Below are positions 39,940 to 53,397 of a stretch of 64,000 nucleotides of DNA, piece after piece. The DNA comes from the human T2T-CHM13v2.0 reference genome, Homo sapiens. Under the pieces are notes generated by a model. The model did not search any database. It was given only the letters and a program-made list of their open reading frames with translations, and had not been told where the DNA came from. Within the stretch, counting starts at the first letter, position 1, and each line of letters starts with the position of its first letter. The stretch lies in NCBI RefSeq assembly GCF_009914755.1, contig NC_060926.1; one strand, 5' to 3'. The translations under genes and the position numbers were made by a program.

Positions 39940-40010
39940 AGCACTTTGGTTCCAACCATTTGGGATCTGATTGACATCTTTAAATGAGCAGTTTAGTCCT
40001 TTGCAGGCCT
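39940..40010 (+). repeat. Copy 2 of a local 71-bp direct repeat
   Basis: 62/71 identical to 38609-38679. Confidence 0.9.
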
Positions 40011-41114
40011 CCCTCCAGTTGCACACAGGAGCATATTGCATATGGGATGCATCCTGTCTGCTCCACACGGAGGGAGTTTCCACTGAGCACAACACAGGGT
40101 GTGGAGTAGAATGAAGCCTTGGGTGTGTGTGCATTGTGAGATAAAATGACGATAGGGGCTTGTTTCTTGGCATGGCCCAGCATCAATCTCTGTAGGCAGG
40201 GCAGGCTCTATTTACCCATGGGCTGATTTGTTCCACACTAACCCCAAGCCACAGAGGTCACACCATCAACTGAGACTCCCTCAATGTGTCATCACAGCCA
40301 GTGTAGGGCAGCCCCTCTCAGGCTGGCACCAAAACCAGAAATGACTAAATATAACGCACTTTTTATCCTGTAGCTTAACATCTCCTTTACGCAAGTAAAA
40401 TTTTTACAAGGGGCCTACTGAGCACCATATATGTGTCTGCATATTTTAGATTCTATGGAGGTGACCAAAAACATTGGTATGTTCTGTCTTCCTGGGAAGA
40501 CATTCTTCTTCAAGGGAAGAATGAAACATAAAACACAGTTCTCAGGGCAAAAGTCTTGCTCATGCTTCATTAGGACTTTTGGCCTTGGATGAGACCAGGA
40601 TTGAGGTGAGGGTTGACCCCCACCTTGACCCCCACACTCCCTCTCCCCCAACCTCCCACACCACACAAAGTACAGAAAAAGAAGTTTTTCTGGTTGTAGA
40701 GCCATTGAAGTAACAAATATTGTATAAAGGAGGAATTTCTTCTCTTTTACCCACAAGAAACCTAAGGCCTAAACCAAAAAAATAAATGACTCATTGAAAG
40801 ATGGGAAAATAGAATCTAGGTCTCCTGGCTCCCAGCTTCATCCAGTAGCTCCCCAAATGGGTTTTCAAATCCAGGGTGCATCCTCAGAGGTGGCACAATT
40901 TTTTCACTAAGGCAGGGGTCCCCAGAGTTGTTATGAGATGTTAGGACAAATAAATAAAAGAAAAAGGGAAAACGATCAGGTTCTGTAGTCAACTAAGATG
41001 AGAAGAACCTGGATGAAACAGAGATTTTTCCCCTATAAATTTCTTAGCCCATTTGATGTGTGAATGTGAATTGTCAGTCTCTAAAGGGGGGATTATTGGA
41101 CCCGGAACTCTACC

Positions 41115-41190
41115 TATGTATCTATGTATGTGTGTGTATCTATGTGTGTATACGTGTGTATGTATGTATGTATGTATGTATGTATGTATG

Positions 41191-41235
<45 letters not shown>

Positions 41236-41250
41236 GTCTGTCTGTCTGTC
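41115..41250 (+). repeat. Compound microsatellite ending (TATG)8(TATC)11(TGTC)4
   Basis: TATG 41159-41190, TATC 41191-41234, TGTC 41235-41250. Confidence 0.96.
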
Positions 41251-41984
41251 ATGGAACATCTTCCAGACCAGCATTTCACAGGTCCACTGCAGAACTTCAG
41301 GCCCTTGTCCTTGGTATGACATGCAAAATGTGTGCTGGGCACTGCACCTGTGTACCAAGATGACTACTGGTGGCTGAGTTTAAACGTAGAGACCATGCTA
41401 CCCACTCATTGACTTCTCAGTGACATGAAGTTTCCTAAAGCAGATGAAGGCCTCTTCACACATGTCTGCCCCTTACTCCAGGCTTATTACCTTCTGTGGA
41501 TAAAGAGTGAGTTTGAAAGAAATCAGTGGACACATTAAAAAATATCCAGTAATACTGCAGCTGTTCTAATCCACTCCTACCAACAGTTTTGAAGAGATGT
41601 TGATAGCGAATCAAGCTTTATAACCATGTGATCCCATCTTATGGTTTCAATCCATGCACAGGAGGAAAATTGTGGGCACGAAGTTTCCAAAGGGAAAATT
41701 TATAGATTGGTAGTTAATGAAATACAGTTTTCCTCCTTGGCAAATTTAATTTACTAGCTTCACTGTATAGGAAAAAGCAGGAAAAAAATTAAAACCAACT
41801 CACCTCCAAACCTGTTTTGAGCTTTTACTTGTCTGCCCAATTGATAGTTTCTACTCTCTGCTTTTGATGAAAATATTTTTTATTATTTTAATGTAACTTC
41901 TGAAAACTAAATTATCTAGAAGCAAATAAAAAGATATTGCTTTTATAGTTCCCAGAAGGAAAAAACAAACACTAGGAAAGTTCT

Positions 41985-42500
41985 ATCTATCAGATGGGGG
42001 AGATGTGATGGAGGCAGTGATATTTGAGCTGAGCCTTGAACAATGAACAGGAGTCTACCAAGCGAGAGGCTAGCGGGTGGCCCTCCAAGATAAAACAACA
42101 GCATGTACAAAGGCATGGAGACATACACATCTTGACTTTTCCAGGAATGGTGGGAACGCTGGTGGAGCTAGAATGTAGGTACATAGCATAAAGTGGCAGA
42201 CGGGAAGCCTTTGGAAATCTTATTACATAGGACCCTGGATGCCATTCCAATGACTTTGAATTTTCTGTAGGCTGCCAGCGAAATTTCCAAGCGTGATAGA
42301 GTCATGTCTATCTATGCACTTCAGAAAGACAACCTCAGGGTTAATGAAGAAAATGCATTGGAATATAAGAAACTGGTGACCAGAGTGATCAATTGCATGA
42401 CTGTTGTGAAAGTCCAGGTGAGGGGAGCTGTGGGCAAGGTCAGAGTTGAGAGGCATTTCAGAGATAAAATGACAGTAACTAAGTAGATGTCAGACTGAGA
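41985..42500 (-). mobile_element. L2 fragment
   Basis: GGAGGCAGTGATATTTGAGCTGAGCCTTGAA...AACAGCATGTACAAAGGCATGGAG, typical of L2. Confidence 0.7.
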
Positions 42501-42861
42501 AGAAAGGGCTGTACCAGATATATGGTGCTATCATTAAGTGAGCTCAACATTGCAGAAAAGGGGTAGGTTTGGTGGGAGTTGCTCACAAAACATGTTTAGT
42601 CTAAGCAAAACCATTGCCATGGGCTCAGATAAAAGTTAAGAAGTGGAAACCATTCCTACATTCCTATAGGAGCTGCTATCTGGAAGGCCTAGTATACACG
42701 TGGCTTTTCAGCTGTGATTTTGTTTGATTTTAGGGATTATTCTTTTTCTGAATCTGAGCAATGTTAGCGTGTAAAATACTCACGCCCACAGCTTTGACTG
42801 GGTGAGAAGTTATCATAAATCATATTGAGTTTGTTGTGATACCTTCAGCTTCAACAAGTGA

Positions 42862-43042
42862 TGAGTCAGGTCAACTCCATGTGAAAGTTCCTTGCTAAGC
42901 ATGCAGATATTCTGAAAGGTTTCCTGGTACACTGGCTCATGGCACAGATAGGAGAAATTGAGGAAGGTAAGTCTTTGACCCCACCTGATAACACCTAGTT
43001 TGAGTCAACCTGGTTAAGTACAAATATGAGAAGGCTTCTCAT
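42862..43042 (+). promoter_or_regulatory. GKN1 proximal/core promoter: AP-1 TGAGTCA (42862, 43001), GATA TGATAA (42986), TATA-like TACAAATA (43019)
   Basis: Motifs read directly upstream of exon 1; function inferred. Confidence 0.55.
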
Positions 43043-43050
43043 TCAGGTCC

Positions 43051-43104
43051 ATGCTTGCCTACTCCTCTGTCCACTGCTTTCGTGAAGACAAGATGAAGTT
43101 CACA
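43051..43104 (+). CDS. GKN1: GKN1 coding exon 1 (MLAYSSVHCFREDK-MKFT; main ATG at 43093)
   Basis: ACAAG-ATG AAG TTC ACA|GTGAGT donor; upstream in-frame ATG at 43051. Confidence 0.9.
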
Positions 43105-46100
43105 GTGAGTAGATTTTTCCTTTTGAATTTACCACCAAATGATTGGAGACTGTCAATATTCTGAGATTTAGGAGGTCTGCTTCTTATGGCCCCATCATGG
43201 AAAATTTGTTTTAAAAAAATTCTCTCTTCAAACACATGGACACAGAGAGGGGAACAACACACACTAGGTCCTGTTGGGGGGTGGAGAGTGAGGGGAGGGA
43301 ACTTAGAGGACAGGTCAATAGGGGCAGCAAACCACCATGGCACACATATACCTATGTAACAAACCTGCACGTTCTGCACATGTATCCCTTTTTTTTAGAA
43401 GAAGAAATAATGAAAAAAAATCTTTTTTCTATTTATATAATCATGGCATTTATAAGCATCTCTATAGAGAAGGATAATTGTGCTGAGATTAGACAGCTGT
43501 CTGAGCACCTCACACTGACCTATTTTTAACAAAATGACTTTCCGCATCACCTGATTCCGGTCTCCATGCAGGGTAAGCAGTTCCTAAGCCCTAGAAAGTG
43601 CCGATCATCCCTCATTCTTGAATTCCTCCTTTTATTTACCAAAATTCCTGAGCATGTTCAGGAAAGATGAAAAGCTTATTATCAAAATAAGTGGCTGAGA
43701 TAGACTTCTTGTCACATTTGTTACAGTAAAATGGGTCTCCAAGAAAGAAAGATTTGCCTTGGGCTCTAGCATGGCCATTTATTTAAGAAAGCATCTGAAA
43801 CATGAAGCTACCACAGCATCTCTCCTGTGGTTCCAGACAGAAGCCTGAGAGTCTAGGAGGAGGTGGACCGAGAAACCCTGCCAAAGTAACTAGTAGTGCC
43901 GGGTTTCTCACAACACGATGCAAAGGGGCTAGAATCAGATGACTATTTTCATGTTTCAACATACTACACACTGGAAAACGTTACGGCAGACTCTACTTTA
44001 TAATGGGGCTGCAAATGTAAAATGACTACCTAGAACTAGGTCCTCTTAATAGCAGCAAAGTTTAAAAGGGTCAGAGGGAGCTCCAGACACAGGTTAGATT
44101 TGATTTCTCTCCTAGTTCTGCTGTGAACAAGAGGTATAAGTTTGGCCAACTCACTTAACCCCTGAAGCTCAGTTACCTTATCTGTAAAATGATTGCATTG
44201 TACTAGGTGTTCTCTAAAATTTCTTCTACCTCTGACTTTTTAGGAGACTAATTTTTAACTCCTTTTTAAGCTATTGGGAGAAAAATTTAATTTTTTTTCA
44301 AAAGTTACCTTGAATCTCTAGAGCAGTTCTCAAAACTATTTTGTCCCAGGCAAAGGAAATGAGACTAGGTACCCAGAATGAGGCACCCTGCATAAAGCTC
44401 TGTGCTCTGAAAACCAATGTCAGGGACCCTGTGATAAATAATTAAACCAAGTATCCTGGGACACTGCTAGTGACATCGCCTCTGCTGATCACTCTTGCCA
44501 GCGAGACACTCTATACTTGCTTTCTCATCATTGGCATCCAAACTGCCTACTAATCCATTGCTTTGGAAAGTTTTTTTTAATAAAAAGATTATTTCTATTA
44601 GGAAGAAAACATCCCATGTTAAATAGGAAAATTAACTGAAATCATTTTCAGATGTGATTTTTAGCACTTATAGCCATCTCAAACCATAGTATTCATTTAT
44701 ACTATGCTATTTATTGTAAAACTTCTTTTTTTTTCCAAGGAAAATAAGATAGTTTGCTTTATTTTAAAACAGTAACTTTCTTATATTGGGGCACTGACCA
44801 AAATTCAATACTGGTACAAATATGTTACCTAGGAGGTCAAAATATGTGCCAGGTGAATTTTCTGAATTTCTCTAAAGAGAGAATTTTAAACCTTATAAAA
44901 CAATTAGAAACAAGTGAGTGAGAGGTGAGCATCAACAACCTGTGTAACATAAGCCACAGTACAAATTTAAGCTGAATAACCAAGCCATGTCAGTTATCCC
45001 AAATCATTTTTGTTAATATTTAGGAGGATACACATATTTTCAATAACTTAAAAGTGAATCTTTACTCCTATCTCTTAATACTCGAAGAAGTATAACTTTC
45101 TTCTTTTACTAGATTTAAATAATCCAAATATCTACTCAAGGTAGGATGCTGTCATTAACTATAGCTGAGTTTATCCAAAATAGAAAAATCATGAAGATTT
45201 ATAAAGCATTTTAAAAATAATCATTTATAGCAAGTCCTTGAAAGCTCTAAATAAGAAAGGCAGTTCTCTACTTTCTAATAACACCTATGGTTTATATTAC
45301 ATAATATAATTCAACAAAACAGCATTCTGACCAATGATAATTTATAGGAAATTCATTTGCCAAGTATATGTTTTATTATAAAGTTAATATTTTGACCAAT
45401 CTTAAAAATTTTTAAACTCTATTCTGACATTTCCAGAAGTATTATCTTAGCAAAGTCATCTTTATGATACCACTTATTAAACTGAAGAGAAACAAGATGG
45501 TACATTCTGGGTTTTACTTTAAAAGGGATTTGATTCAATAATTTGATTTATCACTACTTGAAAATTACATTTTCTTCCTCAGTACTGGATGGCAATGAGA
45601 TGAAAGCAGCTTTCCTGGCTCTCAACTTCCCTTCTTCATCAATTTTTCCAGCGTTTCATAAGGCCTACACTAAAAATTCTAAAACTATATATCACATTAA
45701 TATAATTACTTATAATTAATCAGCAATTTCACATTATCGTTAAAACCTTTATGGTTAAAAAATGCAAGGTAAGAGAAGAAAAAAACACATTGAACTAGAA
45801 CTGAACACATTGGTAAAATTAGTGAATACTTTTCATAAGCTTGGATAGAGGAAGAAAGAAGACATCATTTTGCCATGTAACAGGAGACCAATGTTATTTG
45901 TGATTTCAGATTGTCTTTGCTGGACTTCTTGGAGTCTTTCTAGCTCCTGCCCTAGCTAACTATGTAAGTCTCACCTTTTCAAGTTTGCTACCAAAATGCA
46001 TTTGCAAGGAAATGTGATATTAAATCACTCTCAATCTCTTATAAACTTCAGAATATCAACGTCAATGATGACAACAACAATGCTGGAAGTGGGCAGCAGT

Positions 46101-46687
46101 CAGTGAGTGTCAACAATGAACACAATGTGGCCAATGTTGACAATAACAACGGATGGGACTCCTGGAATTCCATCTGGGATTATGGAAATGTAGGTAGTCA
46201 ACGTGCAATTTTCACTTTATTGTTTAAAAATACGATTTCTTTTTAACAAAAAATGTGCATGTTAACCATAAAGAAATTAAAAATAAATTCTAATTACACA
46301 TAGCATACAGTTATAAGTAAAGGTGACCATTTTGCTCATCCGATTTTGTTCCCTAGAGATAACTACTGTTAATAAGTGTTGCATGATCAGTTAAAATTCA
46401 AACCAACAAACACTATGTTCAAGGGATTGTGGGTATATACAACAAATATGAACATCCTTTTGCCTTGCCTGCAGATACCCTCAATAATGCTGAAAGACTT
46501 ATACAACATTACTGCTTCCAAAGCTTAGACTATCTCACTTTGTTTTCAAAGGAGGTTTTACGACCTTCTAAAGAGATTGAAATTGACATTTCACCTAAAA
46601 CTCGGGAAATGTAAATGACAATATTAATTGGTAAGAGAGGAAAGAAGAAAGAAAGAAGGAAGGAAAGAAAGAAAGAAGGAAGGAAGG

Positions 46688-46718
<31 letters not shown>

Positions 46719-49238
46719 AAGAAAGAAAAAGAAAAAAGAGAGAAAGAGAGAAGGAAAGAAAGAGAGAAGGAAAGGAAAAGAGAAGCAAAGAAAGAGAGGA
46801 GCAAAGAAAGGAACACTTAGCACTAGTTAGGAGACCCAACTCTGGAATTATCAGCTATATATTTAACAAACGTTATACTTTTAAATAGCAAACTCTTTAT
46901 TGTTTCAATTTTATCTGGTCAATTGGAAAAATAATTTTTGTCTTATCTGTCTCCTTGAAATGTGAGGATCAAAGGAGACTAAAACATGATAGCTTTTAAA
47001 GTCTATTTCAGTAAAACAGACTTATATAGAGGGGTTTTTATCATGCTGGAACCTGGAAATAAAGCAAACCAGTTAGATGCTCAGTCTCTGCCCTCACAGA
47101 ATTGCAGTCTGTCCTCACAAATGTCAGCAATAGATATGATTGCCAAGCAGTGCCCCATCCAGTGCTCTTATCCCAGCTCATCACGATCTTGGAGTTCCCA
47201 TTTCTCTCTGCAGGTGGAACTGACCTCTGATAAGAAAAGCTCCTCGGAGAACACATGCCTCACTATTTGCCATCTACTTTAACAGGGCTTTGCTGCAACC
47301 AGACTCTTTCAAAAGAAGACATGCATTGTGCACAAAATGAACAAGGAAGTCATGCCCTCCATTCAATCCCTTGATGCACTGGTCAAGGAAAAGAAGGTAA
47401 AAATAAAAGGCTTTTTATTTTTGGTGAGGGGAGAGGTTTTACATCCTTCAGTAAATAACGAGAAGATCACAGTCATTCCCTCTTGACTACAGTATGTTGT
47501 AGTGTGCAGCACAAAGGGGGAAGTTATTGGTGATTGCCTGAGGGAAGGCAACTTCTGCCACATCAAATGCTGTGGCTCACACCTACCTCTACAACCGCTG
47601 AGCAAAGCACTTGAAACCTTGACTGTTAGAGGAGCAAAGCTCTGGTCACACCAATAGGAGCCTCAGTACTTTGCCAAGGACATTTTTCTGCAAGAGTTAG
47701 TTAGGGTTATTAGATTTAGCAAATGAAAATAGAAGATATCCAGTTAGGTTTGAATTTTAGGTAAGCAGCAGGTCTTTTTAGTATAATATATCCTATGCAA
47801 TATTTGGGATATACTAAAAAAAGATCCATTGTTTATCTGAAATTCAAATGTAACTGGGTATTGTATATTTTGTCTGGCCATACTAATCCAGGTGAGTGGA
47901 AAGAAGAGATCCATAATGTTTTAAAATATTTGCCTGAGTTCATATTCCTATAACTGATAAATGAGTACCTTTCATTGACAAGGTAGAGAAAATAAATAAA
48001 CTGCATTCTCAGAAGATGATTATTACATAGTCTAATCCAAGGAATCTATGATGACCAAATGAGGTCCAAGTTGCAGAATAAATTAAGCCTCAGACTTCTG
48101 TGTTTATGAGAAGCTGAGGTTTCAAACCAGCTAAATCCCTTAGGACACTTAGAAATGCTAAGATATACAGAATAAGCTAGAAATGGCTCTTCTTCATCTT
48201 GATTATGGAAAAATTTAGCTGAGCAACACTCACTGTTGGCCTCGTATACCCCTCAAGTCAACAAACCACTGGGCTTGGCATTCATTCTCTCCCATTCTTC
48301 CTTTCTACCTCTCTTTTCCACACTCAGCTTCAGGGTAAGGGACCAGGAGGACCACCTCCCAAGGGCCTGATGTACTCAGTCAACCCAAACAAAGTCGATG
48401 ACCTGAGCAAGTTCGGAAAAAACATTGCAAACATGTGTCGTGGGATTCCAACATACATGGCTGAGGAGATGCAAGGTGAGTAGCATCCCTACTGTGCACC
48501 CCAAGTTAGTGCTGGTGGGATTGTCAGACTATCCTCGCGCGTGTCCATAGTGGGCACCAGTGATGCAGGGATGGTCATCAAGGCCAACATTTGTGCAGTG
48601 CTTGCTCTGTGCCAGGTACTGTTCTATGTGCTTTAAGTGTGTTAACTCGGTTCTTCACAGCAATCTTATAGGTTCTATTTTAATCCTACTTTATGGATGA
48701 GGAAACTGAGGTACAGAGAGGTCACAAAATCCTTGCCTGGGTCAATTCCAAGCATTTTGGCTGTGGATTCTGTGCTCTTAAATATTATGGAACACTGCCT
48801 TTTAAGTGTGAATCAAGAGTAGACTCAAGTCATATTCAAAAGAATGCATGAATGGCTAAATGAAAGAAGAATGCTAATAGAATCTATTAACTTTCTATAG
48901 CTCAGACAATCACTTAATTTCTGGACATTCAAAGAACAGCTGCACACAAACAAAGTGTCTACCTAGGGACCTAACTTAATGGCAATTTTCCAGATCTCTG
49001 AATTGATTGATTTCATCACAACAAGTAGATAAACCTTGACATTAGCACATAGCTAGTTTGGAAACCCCTACTCCCCCAATCCCCTCCAAGAAAAGAGTCC
49101 TTAAATAGACATTAATATAGGCTTCTTCTTTTCTCTTTATTAGAGGCAAGCCTGTTTTTTTACTCAGGAACGTGCTACACGACCAGTGTACTATGGATTG
49201 TGGACATTTCCTTCTGTGGAGACACGGTGGAGAACTAA
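43093..49238 (+). CDS. GKN1: Gastrokine-1, spliced CDS of 6 exons: join(43093-43104,45910-45963,46052-46189,47286-47396,48328-48475,49144-49238); 185 aa (199 aa if ATG 43051 is used)
   Basis: Exons sum to 558 nt with GT-AG introns. Translation MKFTIVFAGLLGVFLAPALANYNINVNDDNNNAGSGQQSVSVNNEHNVANVDNNNGWDSWNSIWDYGNGFAATRLFQKKTCIVHKM...DISFCGDTVEN* recognised as gastrokine-1. Confidence 0.97.
43230..43420 (+). mobile_element. Short L1PA 3'-end insertion in GKN1 intron 1
   Basis: ACACATGGACACAGAGAGGGGAACAACACACAC...GTAACAAACCTGCACGTTCTGCACATGTATCCC. Confidence 0.88.
44075..44235 (+). mobile_element. MIR
   Basis: TCACTTAACCCCTGAAGCTCAGTTACCTTATCTGTAAAATG. Confidence 0.7.
45910..45963 (+). CDS. GKN1: GKN1 exon 2 (IVFAGLLGVFLAPALANY, signal peptide)
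   Basis: TTTCAG acceptor, 54 nt, GTAAGT donor. Confidence 0.96.
46052..46189 (+). CDS. GKN1: GKN1 exon 3 (NINVNDDNNN...IWDYGN)
   Basis: CAG acceptor after an 88-nt intron, 138 nt, GTAGGT donor. Confidence 0.96.
46633..46813 (+). repeat. Polypurine (GAAA/GGAA/GA)n tract in GKN1 intron 3
   Basis: 46633-46785 is 153 consecutive purines. Confidence 0.96.
47286..47396 (+). CDS. GKN1: GKN1 exon 4 (GFAATRLFQKKTCIVHKM...KEKK)
   Basis: CAG acceptor, 111 nt, GTAAAA donor. Confidence 0.96.
48328..48475 (+). CDS. GKN1: GKN1 exon 5 (LQGKGPGGPPPK...MCRGIPTYMAEEMQ)
   Basis: Long pyrimidine tract plus CAG, 148 nt, phase-1 GTGAGT donor. Confidence 0.96.
48585..48790 (-). mobile_element. MIR in GKN1 intron 5
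   Basis: GATGAGGAAACTGAGGTACAGAGAGGT core. Confidence 0.75.
49144..49238 (+). CDS. GKN1: GKN1 exon 6 coding part (EASLFFYSGTCYTTSVLWIVDISFCGDTVEN*)
   Basis: TAG acceptor; TAA stop at 49236-49238. Confidence 0.96.
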
Positions 49239-49369
49239 ACAATTTTTTAAAGCCACTATGGATTTAGTCATCTGAATATGCTGTGCAGAAAAAATATGGG
49301 CTCCAGTGGTTTTTACCATGTCATTCTGAAATTTTTCTCTACTAGTTATGTTTGATTTCTTTAAGTTTC

Positions 49370-49375
49370 AATAAA
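49370..49375 (+). terminator. GKN1 poly(A) signal AATAAA
   Basis: First canonical hexamer, ~130 nt after the stop. Confidence 0.85.
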
Positions 49376-50599
49376 ATCATTTAGCATTGAATTCAGTGTA
49401 TACTCACATTTCTTACAATTTCTTATGACTTGGAATGCACAGGATCAAAAATGCAATGTGGTGGTGGCAAGTTGTTGAAGTGCATTAGACTCAACTGCTA
49501 GCCTATATTCAAGACCTGTCTCCTGTAAAGAACCCCTTCAGGTGCTTCAGACACCACTAACCACAACCCTGGGAATGGTTCCAATACTCTCCAACTGCTC
49601 TGAAGGCTGCTCTATAGTTGTTGTGCACAGTAACGTTTCAGATCAGCAAGGACAGAAATTCACTCAGAGTCACATAAGCAAGAAAGGGTGGTTTATTGCA
49701 AGGATATAAGAATATCTCAAAAAATCTGAGGGCAAGAAAAGCAGCTGGTTATCAAAAAAACTACATCCAGGAACTCTGCTGACACCAAGACCCAAGTCTG
49801 CTTCTCTCCCTGAAGCCACGCGTTACCTTTTCTCTCTTCTTCTCTAAATTTTACTTCCCTCTTTTTCGCATATTGCGGATGGATTTTTTTGTGCTCATGG
49901 CACAGAATGGCTGACCCAAATTTTCAGCCTCATCTCTCGTGTTTACATGTCTTTCCAGTTCAAGAGGTAATAACTCATATTGAATCCCAATTCCATTTTC
50001 CTTGATCCTGTTTGGCTCAAAGTTAGCAACTTCCATTCACTGATGGCCAGGAAAGTGAAAGGTCTCAGAGAAAATAGAGACTCTAAATATTGTGTATTAC
50101 AATATAAAACTGTTAACTTTTCAAAGCTGCCCCCATACATCTTTTTTTAATCCCCAGTGCCATAGGGGAATATCTAATCCATTCTCATGTCTTCAGGTGA
50201 AATAGCCACAAATAATCCTAACAAATAAAACTAAAGACATTGATTCTCACCATTTGGAAAAATGCTAATATTTACCAGTTTTTATTGGGATGAAACTGTT
50301 ATATTTTTCCTCATACTGATATTATTTCATAACTGTTCACATGAAGTGCACTATGAGGTTAGTAGAACTTCCAAAATATTCTGAAGCCATGAGAGGTAAA
50401 AACTTATCAAAACCCCATCAAAGGTCATGGCCTTAGATATTTTCCTACTGTGAGTGAGAAAGAAAGAAAACTGTGACTCATAAACTGGATACAATGTCAT
50501 CTACCTGACTTTTGGGAACTGGTAAATCCCATGTTTCTTAGAAGAATTGTCTACCCCCTATTTCATGATAAAAAATTAAATTCACTAGGAATATATAAA

Positions 50600-52490
<1,891 letters not shown>

Positions 52491-52499
52491 AAAAACTAT

Positions 52500-53125
52500 T
52501 TAGTAATATTTCTTAAGCACCTTAATAGTGCTACATCCATAGCACTATTCCACTATAGAAATCCATCAGCATATAAAAATGCAAAGATCCCTGCCTCTTT
52601 TAGCTAACATTTTAGTTAGAGGAGACAGAAATAATGATAAATATAATTAATTAATAGTAGGATATTTTGTAGGATAGTAATTTATACTGTAACATAATAG
52701 CATAGTATTTTTTCTTAGCATGCTAAGAAAAAAAGTACTGAGCAGAGTAAGAGGAATCAAGAGTGTCAGGAGGTAAGAGGCAGTTTGCAATTTGTAATAG
52801 GGTATTTGGGATACACATCGAGAAGGTGACATTTGAACAAAGACGGAAGGAGATGAAGTTCTTAGCCATGCCAATATTTCTGAGAGAAAAGCATTATGAG
52901 CAGAGGAAACAGCCAGTGTTAAGGCCTAAGACAGAAGCGTGTCTGGCACATTAAAAGTACAGCAAGGGGATCAATGTGGCTGAAGCAGAATGAGCAAAGC
53001 AGAGAGTAATAGGAGATGAGGGCAGAGGGGTAATGGAAAACGAAATCATGAAGAGCCCCTTTGGGTGTTACTCTGAGTAAAATAGGGAGACATTGCAGGA
53101 ATTTGAGCAGAGATGAGATATCATT
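52500..53125 (-). mobile_element. L2 fragment
   Basis: GAGAAGGTGACATTTGAACAAAGAC...TTTGAGCAGAG. Confidence 0.7.
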
Positions 53126-53310
53126 TTGCTAAGTAATAACCAACAAAAGAAGTGCTAGACTTCTATGGAAACTTTATTGAGATGTTAAGGTAAACTAAAT
53201 AAATGCAGAAATACACCATAGCCTTGAATTAGAAGATGTAATATTACAAAAATGTCAGCTCTTCTGCAATCTATAGATTTAAGGCAAATTGTAAACAAAT
53301 TTTCAACATA

Positions 53311-53348
53311 GTGTGTGTGTGTGCATGTGTGTGTGTGTGTGTGTGTGT
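53311..53348 (+). repeat. Imperfect (GT)n microsatellite
   Basis: Read directly. Confidence 0.93.
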
Positions 53349-53397
53349 CTACTACATAACAAACTAAATTTAGAATATACATGGAAGATCAGGGGCC

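Noticed and set aside
41053-41377. ORFs with YLSI/CMYV repeats
   Set aside because: Translations of the tetranucleotide STR.
42939-42972. Perfect donor AAG|GTAAGT with an upstream ATG in the GKN1 promoter, a possible alternative first exon
   Set aside because: The ATG-to-donor distance is 28 nt (phase 1), incompatible with phase-0 exon 2, and it lies upstream of the TATA-like box.
46530-46888. Lys/Glu/Arg-rich and Phe/Leu/Ser-rich ORFs
   Set aside because: Translations of the polypurine microsatellite.
49155-49161. Coding T7 run in GKN1 exon 6 as a possible microsatellite-instability target
   Set aside because: Short run, with no evidence of instability from the sequence.
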